The notes beneath the pieces are model-generated. The model was given only the letters and a program-made list of their open reading frames with translations. It ran no database searches and was not told where the DNA came from. Shown here piece after piece: positions 13,051-26,975 of a stretch of 64,000 nucleotides of DNA (positions are counted from its first letter, which is position 1; every line of letters starts with the position of its first letter). Made by a program: the position numbers and the translations under genes. Source of the stretch: the human T2T-CHM13v2.0 reference genome, Homo sapiens; NCBI RefSeq assembly GCF_009914755.1, contig NC_060928.1. The stretch is one strand, 5' to 3'.

Positions 13051-13946
13051 GAGTGTAATAAAAAGCTAATAAAGTTTCGACTTCCAGCATTCTCACTTGA
13101 CCCACCTTTTTCCAGGGTTCTGGGTGGGGCTGTCATCGTTTGTTAATACTTATGCTTGTGATTTTTCTAAAAAGGAATTTTAATCAAAATCTTTCTTGAA
13201 GGGCTGTTACGGAAGTCTCCATGAACAAAACGAAGTAAACAATCTAAAGTGAATTTAACAATGGCCTGGAAAAATCACTTCAAAGGAACTAAACACGATT
13301 TAGATTATCTTCAAATATGTTTACATTATGTCATAGTTTTGAAATTGATACCATATTTCTTAAGTGATTTTTATAGAGTTAGCCCTTACTATATATTGAT
13401 ATTTTTATAAATGTGAGGTATTTGATAGGCTGGTTAAGACTAATTAGTACGGGGGAATTTCTTCTACCTCAGGAACATGCAGGAAAAGACAATTGTTTTT
13501 TTAAGTAAGAAACTTGTGCAATTATCTTAAAGTTTGCCCAGTCTCAAATTGGATTTATTTCCTCTAGGTAAAACCTAGCCCTCAGAGGACAAGCCACTTT
13601 AATAGTAATTATGACTTTAACTAAGTATTATAATATCTTAATAACTCAATATGTATATCTTTGGATGAATGTCTTTCTCTTCAAAACAGTCACTTTCAGA
13701 GAATAAACAGTTAGTTTAATAATATTTTCCTTACTAAAAAAAATTTCTAGAATTCCTCTTAAAATTCCCTTCAGGGCTTAGGTCACCATAATATCTATTA
13801 ATAAAACCAATTACTACTTATGGAACTCTATATTAAATATACCATTTTGATTGATTTATTTAAGTTCACCACCTCATAGTATCTTCCCAATAAAATAAAT
13901 CTTCCCAATAAAATAAAATAAACGGTATTTCATGCCCTTTCTAAGA

Positions 13947-14290
13947 AGACTTTTTTGAAGAGTAGTTTTATGTTCAAGCAAAATTGAGAGAGAAAGGTAC
14001 AAAGATTCCATATATGTCCTCTGCCCCTACACATGCTTAGCCTCCCCCATTATTAACATCCCCCTCCAGAGTGGTGCATTTGTTATACTTGATGAAACTA
14101 CATTGATATATAATTACCCAAAGTCCATAGTTTACATTAGGGTTCATTTATGGTGTTGTACACACTATGGTTTTGGACAAATGTACAACGACATGTGTTC
14201 ATCAATACAGAAGGATTATACAGTAATTTCATTGCCCTATTAATTCTCTGTGCTTCATTTATGTATTTCTCCCTACTTCCAGCCACACTC
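13947..14290 (-). mobile_element. L1MC1/2-like 3' end
   Basis: cagagtggtgcatttgtta...cccaaagtccatagtttacattagggttca is typical of the L1MC1 3' UTR. Confidence 0.8.
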
Positions 14291-14294
14291 CTGA

Positions 14295-14560
14295 TTTATA
14301 TCCTTTTCATAGATAAGGAAAGTTGGACATAGAGAGGTTTAATTGCTCCAGATCTCATATACTACATAAGTAGCAAAGTAAGAAGTTTTTTTGTTGCTGT
14401 TGTTTTTGTTTTGTTTTTTGCTGTTGTTGCTGTTGTTGTTGTTTTGAGATGGAGTCTTGCCCTGTTTCCCAGGCTGGAGTGCAATGGCATGATCTCGGCT
14501 CACTGGCAAAGTAAGAATTTTAAACCAAATTCATAAGACTCAGCATCATCACACTATGCT
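14295..14560 (-). mobile_element. MIR, split by a truncated Alu
   Basis: catagataaggaaagttggacatagagaggtt...ataagtagcaaagtaagaattttaaacc. Confidence 0.65.
14385..14505 (-). mobile_element. 5'-truncated AluS 3' end with degenerate (TTG)n tail
   Basis: About 60 bp of Alu 3' end; TSD gcaaagtaagaa at 14373-14384 and 14506-14517. Confidence 0.9.
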
Positions 14561-15334
14561 AACTTCCATTTAATATGGATGTAAAGATAACATTGTATCA
14601 AATTTAGATTCTAGTGAATGTATTTGATATTAACCTATATAATAAAAATATTTGTTAAGCACAATGAAAATTACTGTTGTAATTAAGATAAGAAATTTTA
14701 CTTTATGTCTGAAATTAAGTCTTATTGAATATTGACCTTAGATTTTGCATGTTTATGCCTGGGAAAGTGACCATATGGGCAATTCCAAAAGAGAAATTAA
14801 AATGAGTATAATGCCTCTCATATTGACTCTATTGATGGAGAATAAAGCAATAAATGGTGTTTTCTCAACTAATAAAATCTGCACTGTAATCCCACCTTTA
14901 TGGAAAGGGCAAATATCAACATAGTAAATTATTATTAATACAGGAACATCAACATTAATATTTTATTCCATTCTATCCTAACTATTTAATTAATTTTTAT
15001 CAGAATTTGAAAATTTCTGCAACAATTTTGGTCAGAACCTGAAAAATTCATGTAGAGTATAAAAATGTTCATACAAATGATGCCAGTGATGGTTTGGATG
15101 AATTTTTTATTTAACCAAAAAGTTATTCTCAGAGAAAATTTGCTAGAAAGAGCACTGTATATTAGAAGATCTCATAAGCTAAGAGTATATTTCAACCTAA
15201 ATAAGTAACCTAGAACTAGAAAATTATTTAGTTTTTAATACAAGCTAACATTTTCAGTACATTTTCTGTGGATGAGCTGCTATTCTAAGGACTTACATTG
15301 ATGAGTTCTTTTAAATTTTAAAACAACAAATGTA

Positions 15335-15695
<361 letters not shown>

Positions 15696-15699
15696 TTAG

Positions 15700-16003
15700 T
15701 AGTCGATTCTGCATTAAGCTGTCTGGATGGATCTGCTTTCTGTCCCTTTCCTGGACCAAAGCATTTATTTCCCCAGCTGCTGGAAGTATTACCTGTTAAA
15801 GACTTCACCTGAGTCTGTCACCGTTGGAACTTGATCTGAAGCCAAAGAGATTGCCTCACAGAAGTTAATGCTCCACCTAAGAAAGACCCTACAACTCTGC
15901 TTCCTTCACTTCCTTATAGGTATTGTTCTTCTGAGTAGTCCCCAATAAAGCTCCAAGCAAATATCCACAAGACAGTCTCCATATAAGGAGCTTGACTTAA
16001 GAC
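15700..16003 (+). mobile_element. LTR16-family ERVL LTR fragment
   Basis: ttccccagctgctgg...ctgcttccttcacttcc...ccccaataaa...acttaagaca. Confidence 0.6.
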
Positions 16004-16145
16004 ATATTTCTGTTTCATTAATGAAGAAGCAGAAGCCTAGAGGCTAAGCAATTCATCAGTATTCACGCAGGTAAACATAGAATAGAGCTAGGATTTTGAG
16101 TTAGAAAATCTGACTCCAGAAGCCCTGTTTTTAAACATTACTTCA
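16004..16145 (-). mobile_element. MIR (continuation of a MIR starting at about 15250)
   Basis: atgaagaagcagaagcctagaggctaagcaa...gagctaggatttt...tctgactccaga. Confidence 0.65.
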
Positions 16146-17148
16146 TTTTACCTACTCCATTAAAAACAGCACATTATTTTCAGCAGAACCAAAGGATGTT
16201 CAACCATTACATGGTATTCCAGGAGGACATTTTAACAATATACGTGTCATACAAGAGAGTAAGATTTGCTGTGAATACCCTCATTTACCTCACATTCGCA
16301 GACTACGACCATATAGTTTCTTCTAAAGTTTATGTTTGAACGCGTTGAAATTATGAAACTAACAAATATCATGAAAACCTTCAGATAAGCTAGAATACAC
16401 ATGGAAAACATAAGAGATTTTTTTTACAGAATCCACAATACGTAGTAACTTTGATTAGTAGTAAAGATTGACATTATGTTCCTTACAGTTTTTTAGCAAG
16501 CACTATCATTTATATGACTAGAATATTCAAAACAGATGTACTGGCAGGAATGGACCAGCAAACAACAAAGTGCAAATTTTCATGACATATTCAGTGAATT
16601 GCAAGCAAAGACATCCCACTTGTAAACAACCCTTCTGTTTAATGCATTCAGCTTGTAAAAAGGAAGAATCTGTTGAGTCAAATATAGTTAAAAAAAAATA
16701 TCCCCGCTTCAAAGACCTCTCTACAAAGATAGTACAGACAAAAGACAGTTGCATTATTTAATAAGAATTAAAGAGCATGTGATTTGTATCATAAGCAAGA
16801 TAAGGTACAATATCTCTGCTAAAATATTGGAAAGAGAAATCTCAGACTTTTATATAGTTAAGTAGAAACAACTCTTTACATATATGTTTCCAAGATTAAT
16901 AACTAATCTTCAAGTAAGACGACTCAACACCACTTTTTGTTACACACAGCTCATAACTTTATATGGCAATTGGAATCGCCCTCTGTGTTAGCTAATTGAC
17001 TTTATTCCAAAGAAAAACAAACTTCTCACATTTTTATGAAAGAATGTAGTTTTATAATTTGAATCAAGGTGCACACTGAAGTTAGACTCCTATCTTGCCA
17101 CAGAAATAGGGAGATGAGGGTGCTATCTTTCTGATGTTTATATTTTAA

Positions 17149-17910
<762 letters not shown>

Positions 17911-19712
17911 TCTTCCCTTATTTTCAATAGGGAAAATTAAGCCTTTTGTTTTAATTTTTATTTGTCATTATGAAACCAAAACTTAGGGAATAGTGGCCTA
18001 GACAAAGTATAATTTCAGGAGACCCTAAAATTATCCCTATTAATGACTAAACAAATCACATTTGTAGTCAGATGTACCATGCGACTTCTAAATACCTTAC
18101 TGAGGTATGTTCATTCTTTCTAAATTGTTAGTCACTGAAGACAAATGAACTATTATTTGTAAAAAAGAATGGAGAAAAACAAAGTATTTGCTTACAATTT
18201 TTCCTAAGAAGGGAAAATATGTGGGATTGCACCATGAATACTAATTATACTCAAGGAAAAGTTTAAAAAAGGGATTAAGACATCATTACATTGTTAATAT
18301 TTAAGATGGACAAGGTGTATAATTGTTTAACCTTAGATTTTTTTTCATTATTTCTTCTTAGAAACGTGAATCTACCTCGAAATAATGCAATATATTTTTG
18401 CATCTCTGGACAAAAACTGTATATATAATGTGGCTTGTGACATAAGTTTCACCCTGCTTCCTTACTCTTGAAAGCCATTAAACTTAACTTAGTCCATCCA
18501 GAATTAATTATCTCAGCAGTCAATTCTCCAGTGACAGTATACTATACCTGTAGCAAGTACCACAGATGGCAGAAGACATTTTTCTTTTCTTTCTTCCTTT
18601 TAACACAACGAGTTATTTTTCTATTTGTAGAAATATATATATATATATCCCATTCTGTAATTCTATCAGTCAATAACAAAACATACATAGATTCTGTAAC
18701 AATGGTGTTTGAGAGATCTTGTGTGGAATGACAATACTTTTAAAAGATTCTGCTTTTAACACATGTTTCTTTTCTGCTAAAAGACATTCTGCAGAATAAA
18801 GCTCAGAACGCAAGGAAATCAATTCCCAAATGGGTCTGTATTCCCTCAAGGCCACTTCTCTGCTCTTTTGTCATTAATTGTATTGACAGCTGGTAGTTGC
18901 TACTTTGAGACAATTTATCTTCTCACTGCATATTTATTGAAATATATCTTGTTGTATTATTGACCTTACACCATGAGGAAGCAGTGAATAATGGCAAAAT
19001 CCCCTGGGTCCTGACAGATGGTTTTAGTATTCAACTTTGCTGTCAGCATTAGGCCTCACAGCATATGCAAAACAAAAGAACATTAGCCTTTGAAGGGAAA
19101 ATGAAATGTTACCTGAATTAAAGGAGCAATGTGGCAATTCACGTACAATATTTGTGTTTAATCCTGAATTTCGAAGGTAAAGTATCTTCAGTTGCAAAAT
19201 AATTTCCCAAGTTTAACGACAGGAAATACAAATGGATTCAATATGTGTACTGCTGATATTCAGAGCCAAAGGGAACTCATGCAGAGCCAGAATGTTCAAA
19301 TAATTCTAAACTTTGTCTTTATTAAGTAAAATGTTTTCAATATATCAGTAATATTCTACTTTAATATAAAATATAAACATCTAAAGGAAATATTATTTAT
19401 TAAATATGAAGGTTTTGTGATATTTAGGCTCAGTATATGCTGTATGGACCCCTGCTTTTTACTTTCTCTCTTTGCCTCTCCTTTATCCCTGCTCCAATTC
19501 ATTCTTCATTTTCTCTGCAGTGTCATCTTTCCCAAACACAGATACAGCTATGTCATTTTCCCTGCTTAAACATTCTCAGGGATACTCAGTTTCCTAGAAA
19601 ATAATGTTCGAATCTCTTAGTAAAAATGCAAGACCTTCCATAATATGGCTTCTGTTTGTTTTTTCTCTAGTCTCATAACCAATTCTTCTCAAACTTTACA
19701 GTTGAATTGCTC

Positions 19713-20614
19713 TGCAGTGAACATATTTCAAGATTATTTCAAATGATCCATGCTTTCATATAATTACCTCTTATTGAGTGAGGGTAAATCTGTGAGTTGC
19801 TTTTAACCAACAAGATATAGCAACTATGATGGGATGTCTGAGCTTTCATTGGATGGTGTTACATGGCAAAAGTGATGTGAAGTCACCTTAATTGTTATGT
19901 TACATTATAGAAGGTTCCATCCACCAGACTGGAGAGAGACTCTCCCTTTTGGCTCTGAAGAAGGAAGCTGCCATATTGTGAGAGGGCCAACAAAAAAGGC
20001 CGCTTGGCAAGGAATGTGAGCCGTGTCAAGGAGTGGACAGTAGCTCCTGGCCAATAACCAGCAAGAAAATGGGGGCCACAGTCAAACAGCCACAGAAAAT
20101 AAATTCCTCCAACAACCCAAATAAGCTTGGAAATGGATTCTTCCTCAGTCCAGCCTCCAGATGAGAGTGCATCTCAAAAGGTAGTGTCAGGTCCTCTTAC
20201 TTAAGGATTTTACCTGCTTAAACATTCTCAGTGATAGTCAGTTTCTAGAAAATAATTGTTCAAATCTCTTAGCAAAAATTCAGTTATTGTCAGTCTTGGC
20301 CTGTTGATTCTAGCCTTGGGAGATCATGACCTGAGGGGCTAGTTAAACCATGCCCAGATACCTGGCCCATGGAAACATGAGAATAAACATTTTTTTTAAA
20401 ATGTATCTTGCTTTAAGCTGCTAAAGTTGTAGTGAGCCAAGTTGGCTGTCCATGCCTTTAATCCAAGCTACTTGGGAGGCTGAGGCAGGAGGATCACTTG
20501 CGCCCAGGAATTTGAAGCCAGCCTGGGCAATATAGCAAGACCCTATCTCTAAAATAAAATAGAATGAAATAAATTTGTGGTGATTACTCCATGAAGCAAC
20601 TGAAAACTAATACA
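19713..20614 (+). mobile_element. MLT1E-family MaLR LTR with FLAM and a templated insert
   Basis: aagctgccatattgtgagagggcc, ccagcaagaaaatgggg, gcctccagatgaga, aaactaataca; perfect 5-bp TSD tgctc at 19708-19712 and 20615-20619. Confidence 0.85.
20435..20570 (+). mobile_element. FLAM (Alu monomer)
   Basis: Monomer with A tail; degenerate TSD aaagttgtagtg / aaatttgtggtg. Confidence 0.85.
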
Positions 20615-21293
20615 TGCTCTTAGTTTCCTAAACATGCCACGCCTATTCATACCTCTAGCCATTGCTCATGCTGATATCTCCTTCCCACTATCTCTGCCTA
20701 AAAAAATTCCTGTGTGTGGTTGAAGTTCCACTTAATTATCTTCACTTTGAAGATGTCCTTGGTCTAGAATTTTAGAATCAAAGTCTCTTTCTGAATTTCC
20801 GTATACCTGTTATAGGTCAAATACAGCATCTTGCATAATGTCCTCTTGTTAAGTGCCTGTTTATCTGTCTCCCTTCCCCCATGCTTAAGGATATATGTAT
20901 GTGTACACAAATAGAAAAATACATCCAATTAATCTAATGTTGCAAAGAAAAGAACTGTGATTTACTTTTATTTCTCCATCGCCAGTCACAAGTGCTTGGT
21001 ACACATTTATATGCGTTAAGTCAGTATTAATAGTCACTTAAAATATATTAACAATTATTATGATGAAACAATTATAATCTAACAATAATTGAAATAATGT
21101 ATTATAAACAATATATTCTGTATAAAATAAATATATTATAATAACTATAATATGCTATTATTTTATATAATAATATACATTATATATGTCATTAATGAGC
21201 ATTAACTATGTCCCATGTAGTGAGTTAACACTTCACATACATTTATGTTACTCAAATACATATTATTACTGATATTTTAAAGTTATAAAGCTG

Positions 21294-21652
<359 letters not shown>

Positions 21653-21739
21653 TCATTATTTCTTTCATACCATGTCCTTTCGTTCATTAACAACAACTGT
21701 GTTTCCTCTAGTGATGTCCCCTCTCTGATTCCACTAGGC

Positions 21740-22135
21740 ACTCCATCATGAATATCAATACCCTCCTGTCACATGGGAAGACATGTGACCCTCCCCCCCC
21801 CGCCGCCATGAGGCTAACCAGACTCTTCTCTCAGATATGAAATGAGGATAGTGAGAGATAGCTCAACATTTTTATCTTACATGTACATACACTATATGTT
21901 AAAACTGCTAGTGACCATTTTTCTGGACATTGAAGAGAAAACCACATGCAGAAGGAAGTCCATCAGAACTAATACACATGTCATGAAATAGAACTTTGCC
22001 TAACTGTTTTAAGCTCCTAGATTGAGCAGTTAATGAAACAAATCTTACCCCTAAAAAGTGTTTGAATTCATAATTTCCTTTATGTTTGAGCTAATTTAAT
22101 TTGGATTTCTCCTGAAAAAATACAAAACCCAGTGT
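21740..22135 (+). mobile_element. Ancient MLT1 (J/K/L-like) fragment
   Basis: acatgtgacc...gctaaccaga; ttcctttatgtttgagctaatttaatttggatttct. Confidence 0.45.
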
Positions 22136-23974
22136 CTCACTGACAACAAATGATGAAAATCAGGATCTGAATTTAGCTCTGTGTCTGAGACCAAAATCAT
22201 AGTTTTATAGCAATTTATTGCTTTCTCCTCAACTAGGATGTAAGCTCTTAATAAGAACCCTATATTAAATATTCTTATATACAATAATACTTTCAAAAAA
22301 GTATCTTAATTATGCTAATTACAACAGTGTTTATTTATTATACACATGTAATAAACAGCTTACAATAATAATACTAATCCATTATTTTTATATATTATTC
22401 ATATGTAATAATAAAAGTACATATATAATAAAAATGTGTATTCCCTTTTAGTTATATTTTTAAAGGTTTGCATAAATATGACAATAAATATCTGTGAGTT
22501 GATGAGCAGAGGTAGCAACCTGCACTTCACAAATGTATCACATAATAAAAAGTCAAATAAAACTTATGAGTTTCATGCAGACTGGTCTCTAGGGCAGCCA
22601 AAGAAACAATGAAATGCAAGAATCAGTGCTACAGTAGTGTACTTCTTTGTTTCAAAATACATATTTGAAGCTTTCTTTAGTCATTTAAATAGAAAAAAGG
22701 GGAATAGAGATTGACCTAGGTTATAACAGTCATACAAGACATAGAAACCATTTAGATTCTGCATTTTTCTCATGTGTTTGTATTATCTTTACAATGATCA
22801 TATTTTAAAAATTAAAACAGAGGCATAATTTTCATTTTGAAAGGTTTAGTAATTATATGTAAGCATTTTAATTCCATCTGTTAAGGTATTTGGTCTTAAA
22901 GATTACTAGAGGGCTTGAAGAATAAAATGAATCTTTCTTATCCTATAGAAAATGCCAATTTCACTTTATTGTGGGACAGAAGAAGCACTTACCTTGCTTT
23001 TTTTAATTTTCTGTTACATTTCAGTGAAAATATTCTATAATATTTTGAACTATAAGTTGTATGCAATGTAGTAAACCAAATAACATTGTCATTTGAATAA
23101 TAGATGTATGAAAAAGCACATATGCATTTTTTCCTGAGATGAAAGGCAATATGTTAATCCAAAAGGCTTAATAAAATCCTGCAGAATGAAGATATTCAGC
23201 AAGCTAGATAATTTAAAATTAAAGCAGAACTAGAAGCAAGGTACAGCCTTCGAAAAATAAGTGCCATCTCAGCATTTGATGTGCTTTTTGAGCTGTAACA
23301 TTTTGTTTTCTTACTCTATAGATGTTGAAATCATAAAAACTATAATAATAAACTATTTTAGTTCTATATAATAATTGAGTGACATTCTTAAAGAGCCACT
23401 AATTGCATCCATCAATGAGCTGCAAGATATTATTTTTTGTTTCATGTAAAGATAAGCTTAGTAGTGTCAGTCTTATGGTAAGCTGCAGTTAGCCCACAGA
23501 CTTCAAATTCAGCCACTTGTTTTATTTCATCTCAGGATTTCTTAATTCTACATGGTGTAACATTAATAATATGATGAATAGCTGTGAATTTATATGTGCA
23601 GACTAAATATTTTAGAGCCCTGTGATCACCTTTATTTTTGAAATCTTCCTAAAATAGTTAAATCTACATGTTCGTTTTATTTTGTGTTGTCTAAGTAGAT
23701 CAAGAAGAAAACCTTTAAAACTTCTCATACTATCTAAAATGCTAAGTAAGATGTATCACTAACACTAAAAATAAAGTCTAAGTTTAGAATTCAGAAGGAC
23801 ACATCATAAATATTAAGGTTGGAATGTACACAAAAGATCATTGAGGCTAAAGTTCTCATTGTGTAAGTGAGGAAAGGGTGTTCTAAAAGCATACCTGACT
23901 TTCTTGGCATTACAAGAAAATGCTTAACTTTTTCTTTCTCCTTCAGTCTTATCTGGCAAAAACACCAACTCTGA

Positions 23975-24414
23975 AGTTATGGGCTGAATTGTCTTCCCCT
24001 CAAAAAAGATGTTTTGAAGTCCTAGACTTCTGAACCTCAGAGTACGAACTTATTTGGAAATAGATTAATTGCAAGTGTAATAATTTAAAATGAGGTCACA
24101 TTGGAGTGGAGTGGGCCCCAGTCCAATATAACTAATGCCCTTATAAGACGACAGCCATGTGAAGACAGAGACATGCAGGGACAATGCTATATGACTGCAA
24201 AGGTAGACACTGGATTTATGCAGCTGCAAGCTTTAAATCAGCAACAGTTGCTAAAAAGAATAGGATGCCCCTAAAGTTTTCAGAGGGAGCATGGCACTAC
24301 TTCCACCTTGATTTTTCACTTCTGGCCCCCAGAACTGAGAGACAATAAATTTATGTTGATTCATATCTCATAGTTTGTGGTCCTTTGTTACGGCATCCCT
24401 AGGAAACTAACATG
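23975..24414 (+). mobile_element. MLT1C MaLR LTR
   Basis: gttatgggctgaattgtc...ttatttggaaatag...cagaactgagagacaataaattt...ctaggaaactaa. Confidence 0.9.
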
Positions 24415-24419
24415 TCAGG

Positions 24420-26620
24420 TCAACCCATGAATCTGCTTTTTATTTTGCACACAGGGCCATCTAAAACGGTAGAGAAAACCATAAAATCATGTGGACCTGT
24501 CTCACTTGAATTCATTACCAGAATGCTCAAAAGAATGCTTCATGACAATCCTACTACACTTCCCAAGCAAATCTACTTCCCCACACACTAGAAGGGTGAT
24601 TTCACAAAGTCTCCCCTTCTAAACTATCCAGTGCCCTCTACCTACCTCATTTGATGAGCATGTCTTTATACCACACTGAGATAATGGAAGCAATTTAAAC
24701 AGACTCCCTCATCTTCCACCACCAAATATATCATTATAAGTAAATATGTAGACGTTTATTTTTTCTCGTTACACAAGCAGAAATATCACTACAGCTCTCA
24801 AAATAATTTATGTTCTATGTGCTCCTTATACATTCCCTCTCACCTTAACAATGTCAATCCTTGTTTTGCTATGTAAAATTTTTTCCTTGTCCAATATTCT
24901 AATGTTCTGATATTATTCTATAAAAACACAATTTCAGCATTATTTTGTAAAATCAAAGACAAAATAAAACTTCTCTTTGACCATAAATACCCTTCCAATT
25001 ATTCCTCCTTTCTCTCCTCCTCCTCAGAATAAAATTTCTTAAAGAGATGGGTGTAGTTTCTATCTGTATATCCTCTATCTGTATATCTGTATATCCTCGT
25101 CTTTTCACTTTTCAGAACACACCATTCTAACTTGGGTCCTCTCTACTCAACTGTAACTTCTATTGTCAAAATTACCAAAAACCACTATGTTGCCAAATCC
25201 ATTGGTACTTCTTGGTGTTCACTATAGGAGATTATCCGAATCTTTTATTAAGTTTGACTGCTCCTTATTCTAAAAATATTTTCTTTTCTTGATTTCGTAC
25301 CTCTGATTTTACAGTTTGTTTGTTTCTTTGTTTTTCCTAATCCCTGGCTTCTCCTTTCCAGTCTCCCTTTCTGCACACACCTCCTCTACATTTCCTGTCA
25401 GTGCTGGAGTTCTTGATATCAGTTGTATCTCTTCAGAAGAGCTCATCTGGTCCCATTGCATAGACAATATTTCCAAAGGTATATTCGCAAGGTATAGTCT
25501 AGCACTGGCATCTCCTCTGACTTCTAGACACATCTATGTCTTGAACTGCTTGAAATGTCCTCTTGGAAATTTGATTGTTACCTCAAATATAACATCTCCA
25601 AAATGAAATGATCTTCAAAGCCTGTTTCTTCCCCACTGTCTTCAATCTTAAGAAAATGATATCATCAGCCAGATACTCAGTCCAAAAGCCTTGGAGTTAA
25701 GCTTAATTACATTATTTTCCTCTACCTTCTGTCCACATCTTGTCTAAGTTTTATTGGTTCCAACTTCAAACTGTAACTAAAATACTCACACTTACTATCT
25801 CCACTGCCAACAGTCTACCAAGGTTGCATCATCTTCTGCCTACATTATTGAAATAGCCTCCTACACAACCTGTTTTCTAAACAACACCTAGAGAAGTATC
25901 ACAAACTGGATATGTGAAGGCTGTATCTAGCTGGGAGACGTTTTACTTAAATTAATCTGAATGTCTTTAGAAAGAGAATGTGCCCTCCAGTTTATCACAG
26001 CTCTTTGTGTACATCAAACCCACTTGACTCATTAGGCTACAAGCTTGTCTCCTGTAATAAGCCGAGTTTTGGATTATGATCACATGTCATCTTCCGAAAG
26101 TGTAAATCAGGTTAATGTAAGATCTTGCTTAAAACCCTCCAATGGCTCATTATTGAATTAGAAGATGTTCCACACTCTTGACTGCTGTCTTCAAGACCTT
26201 GCGTGATATAGCATCTTGCCTCACTCATTAAGACTCCTCGCTCGTTAGTATTAACAACATCAGTTTATTTTTTTATTATTCTTCGAATATGTCAGACATT
26301 TTAAAATGTTATTAGTATACATTTTCCTTTCTGCTTGCAATGCTTTTCCAAGTCATTTGAAAAGACTGTCCTCCTATTGTTACTTAGATATTAGATTAAA
26401 TGTCACCTCATCCAAAAAAAAACCAGCTTCAGTGAGAATTCCCCTCTGCCATTTAGATACCTTCAAATAGTTCTCTATTATAACCTCTGTATTATTCCCT
26501 CTATGAACTTATCATTGTCATTATCTTACCTATTTGTTCACATGTTAATTGTGAGTCTGATCTCATAAGTACTTTGGAGCCATGGCTATAGCTGTCTTCC
26601 TTGCCGCATCTACAGCATCC
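24420..26620 (+). mobile_element. L2, long fragmented copy
   Basis: ccactatgttgccaaatccattggt, gagctcatctggtcccat, cttgcttaaaaccctccaatggctc, aaatgtcacctc. Confidence 0.8.
25890..26080. mobile_element. hAT-Charlie MITE relic (MER112/MER117-like) within L2
   Basis: tctgaatgtctttag...ccctccagtttatcacag...actcatt resembles this family. Confidence 0.4.
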
Positions 26621-26806
26621 TGTGTTTGTTTGTTGAGGATAATGGCCTCCAGCTCCATCCATGTCCTTGCAAAAGACATGATCTTGTTTCTTTTTATGGC
26701 TGCATAATGGAGGTGGGGAAGAGGGAGAGCATCAGGAAGAATAGCTAATGAATGCTGGGCTTAATACAACTAGGCAATAGGAACTTAAAATAAAAATCAA
26801 AATAAA
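26621..26806 (+). mobile_element. Short 5'-inverted L1PA (older primate subfamily) 3' end
   Basis: Antisense L1 piece (ataatggcctccagctccatccatgtcc) joined to sense 3' UTR (gggagagcatcaggaagaatagctaatg) and an A tail. Confidence 0.8.
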
Positions 26807-26807
26807 T

Positions 26808-26975
26808 ATCCATTCTGCCATTTCTAACCATGTGAACTTGTGTATGTTGCTTAATCTCTTTGCGTCTAAGTTTCCATATCTGCAGTGAAAAGATAATGGT
26901 AGCATCTACTTCACAGAGCTGTTTGAATAAGTATATGTTATGCACTTAAAAAAGTGTCTGCAATACAAAGGGTAA
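26808..26975 (+). mobile_element. MIR
   Basis: ctgccatttctaaccatgtgaacttg...cttaatctctttg...gtttccatatctg MIR core. Confidence 0.75.

Larger units (their letters stand above)
19480..21020 (+). mobile_element. L2 3' region, split by MLT1E
   Basis: cagctatgtcattttccctgcttaaa..., ccattgctcatgctg, tttatctgtctccc. Confidence 0.6.

Noticed and set aside
22985-23150. Minus-strand exon defined by a perfect AAG|GTAAGT donor
   Set aside because: The candidate exon body is extremely AT-rich with no coding signal, and such motifs are expected by chance in 64 kb.
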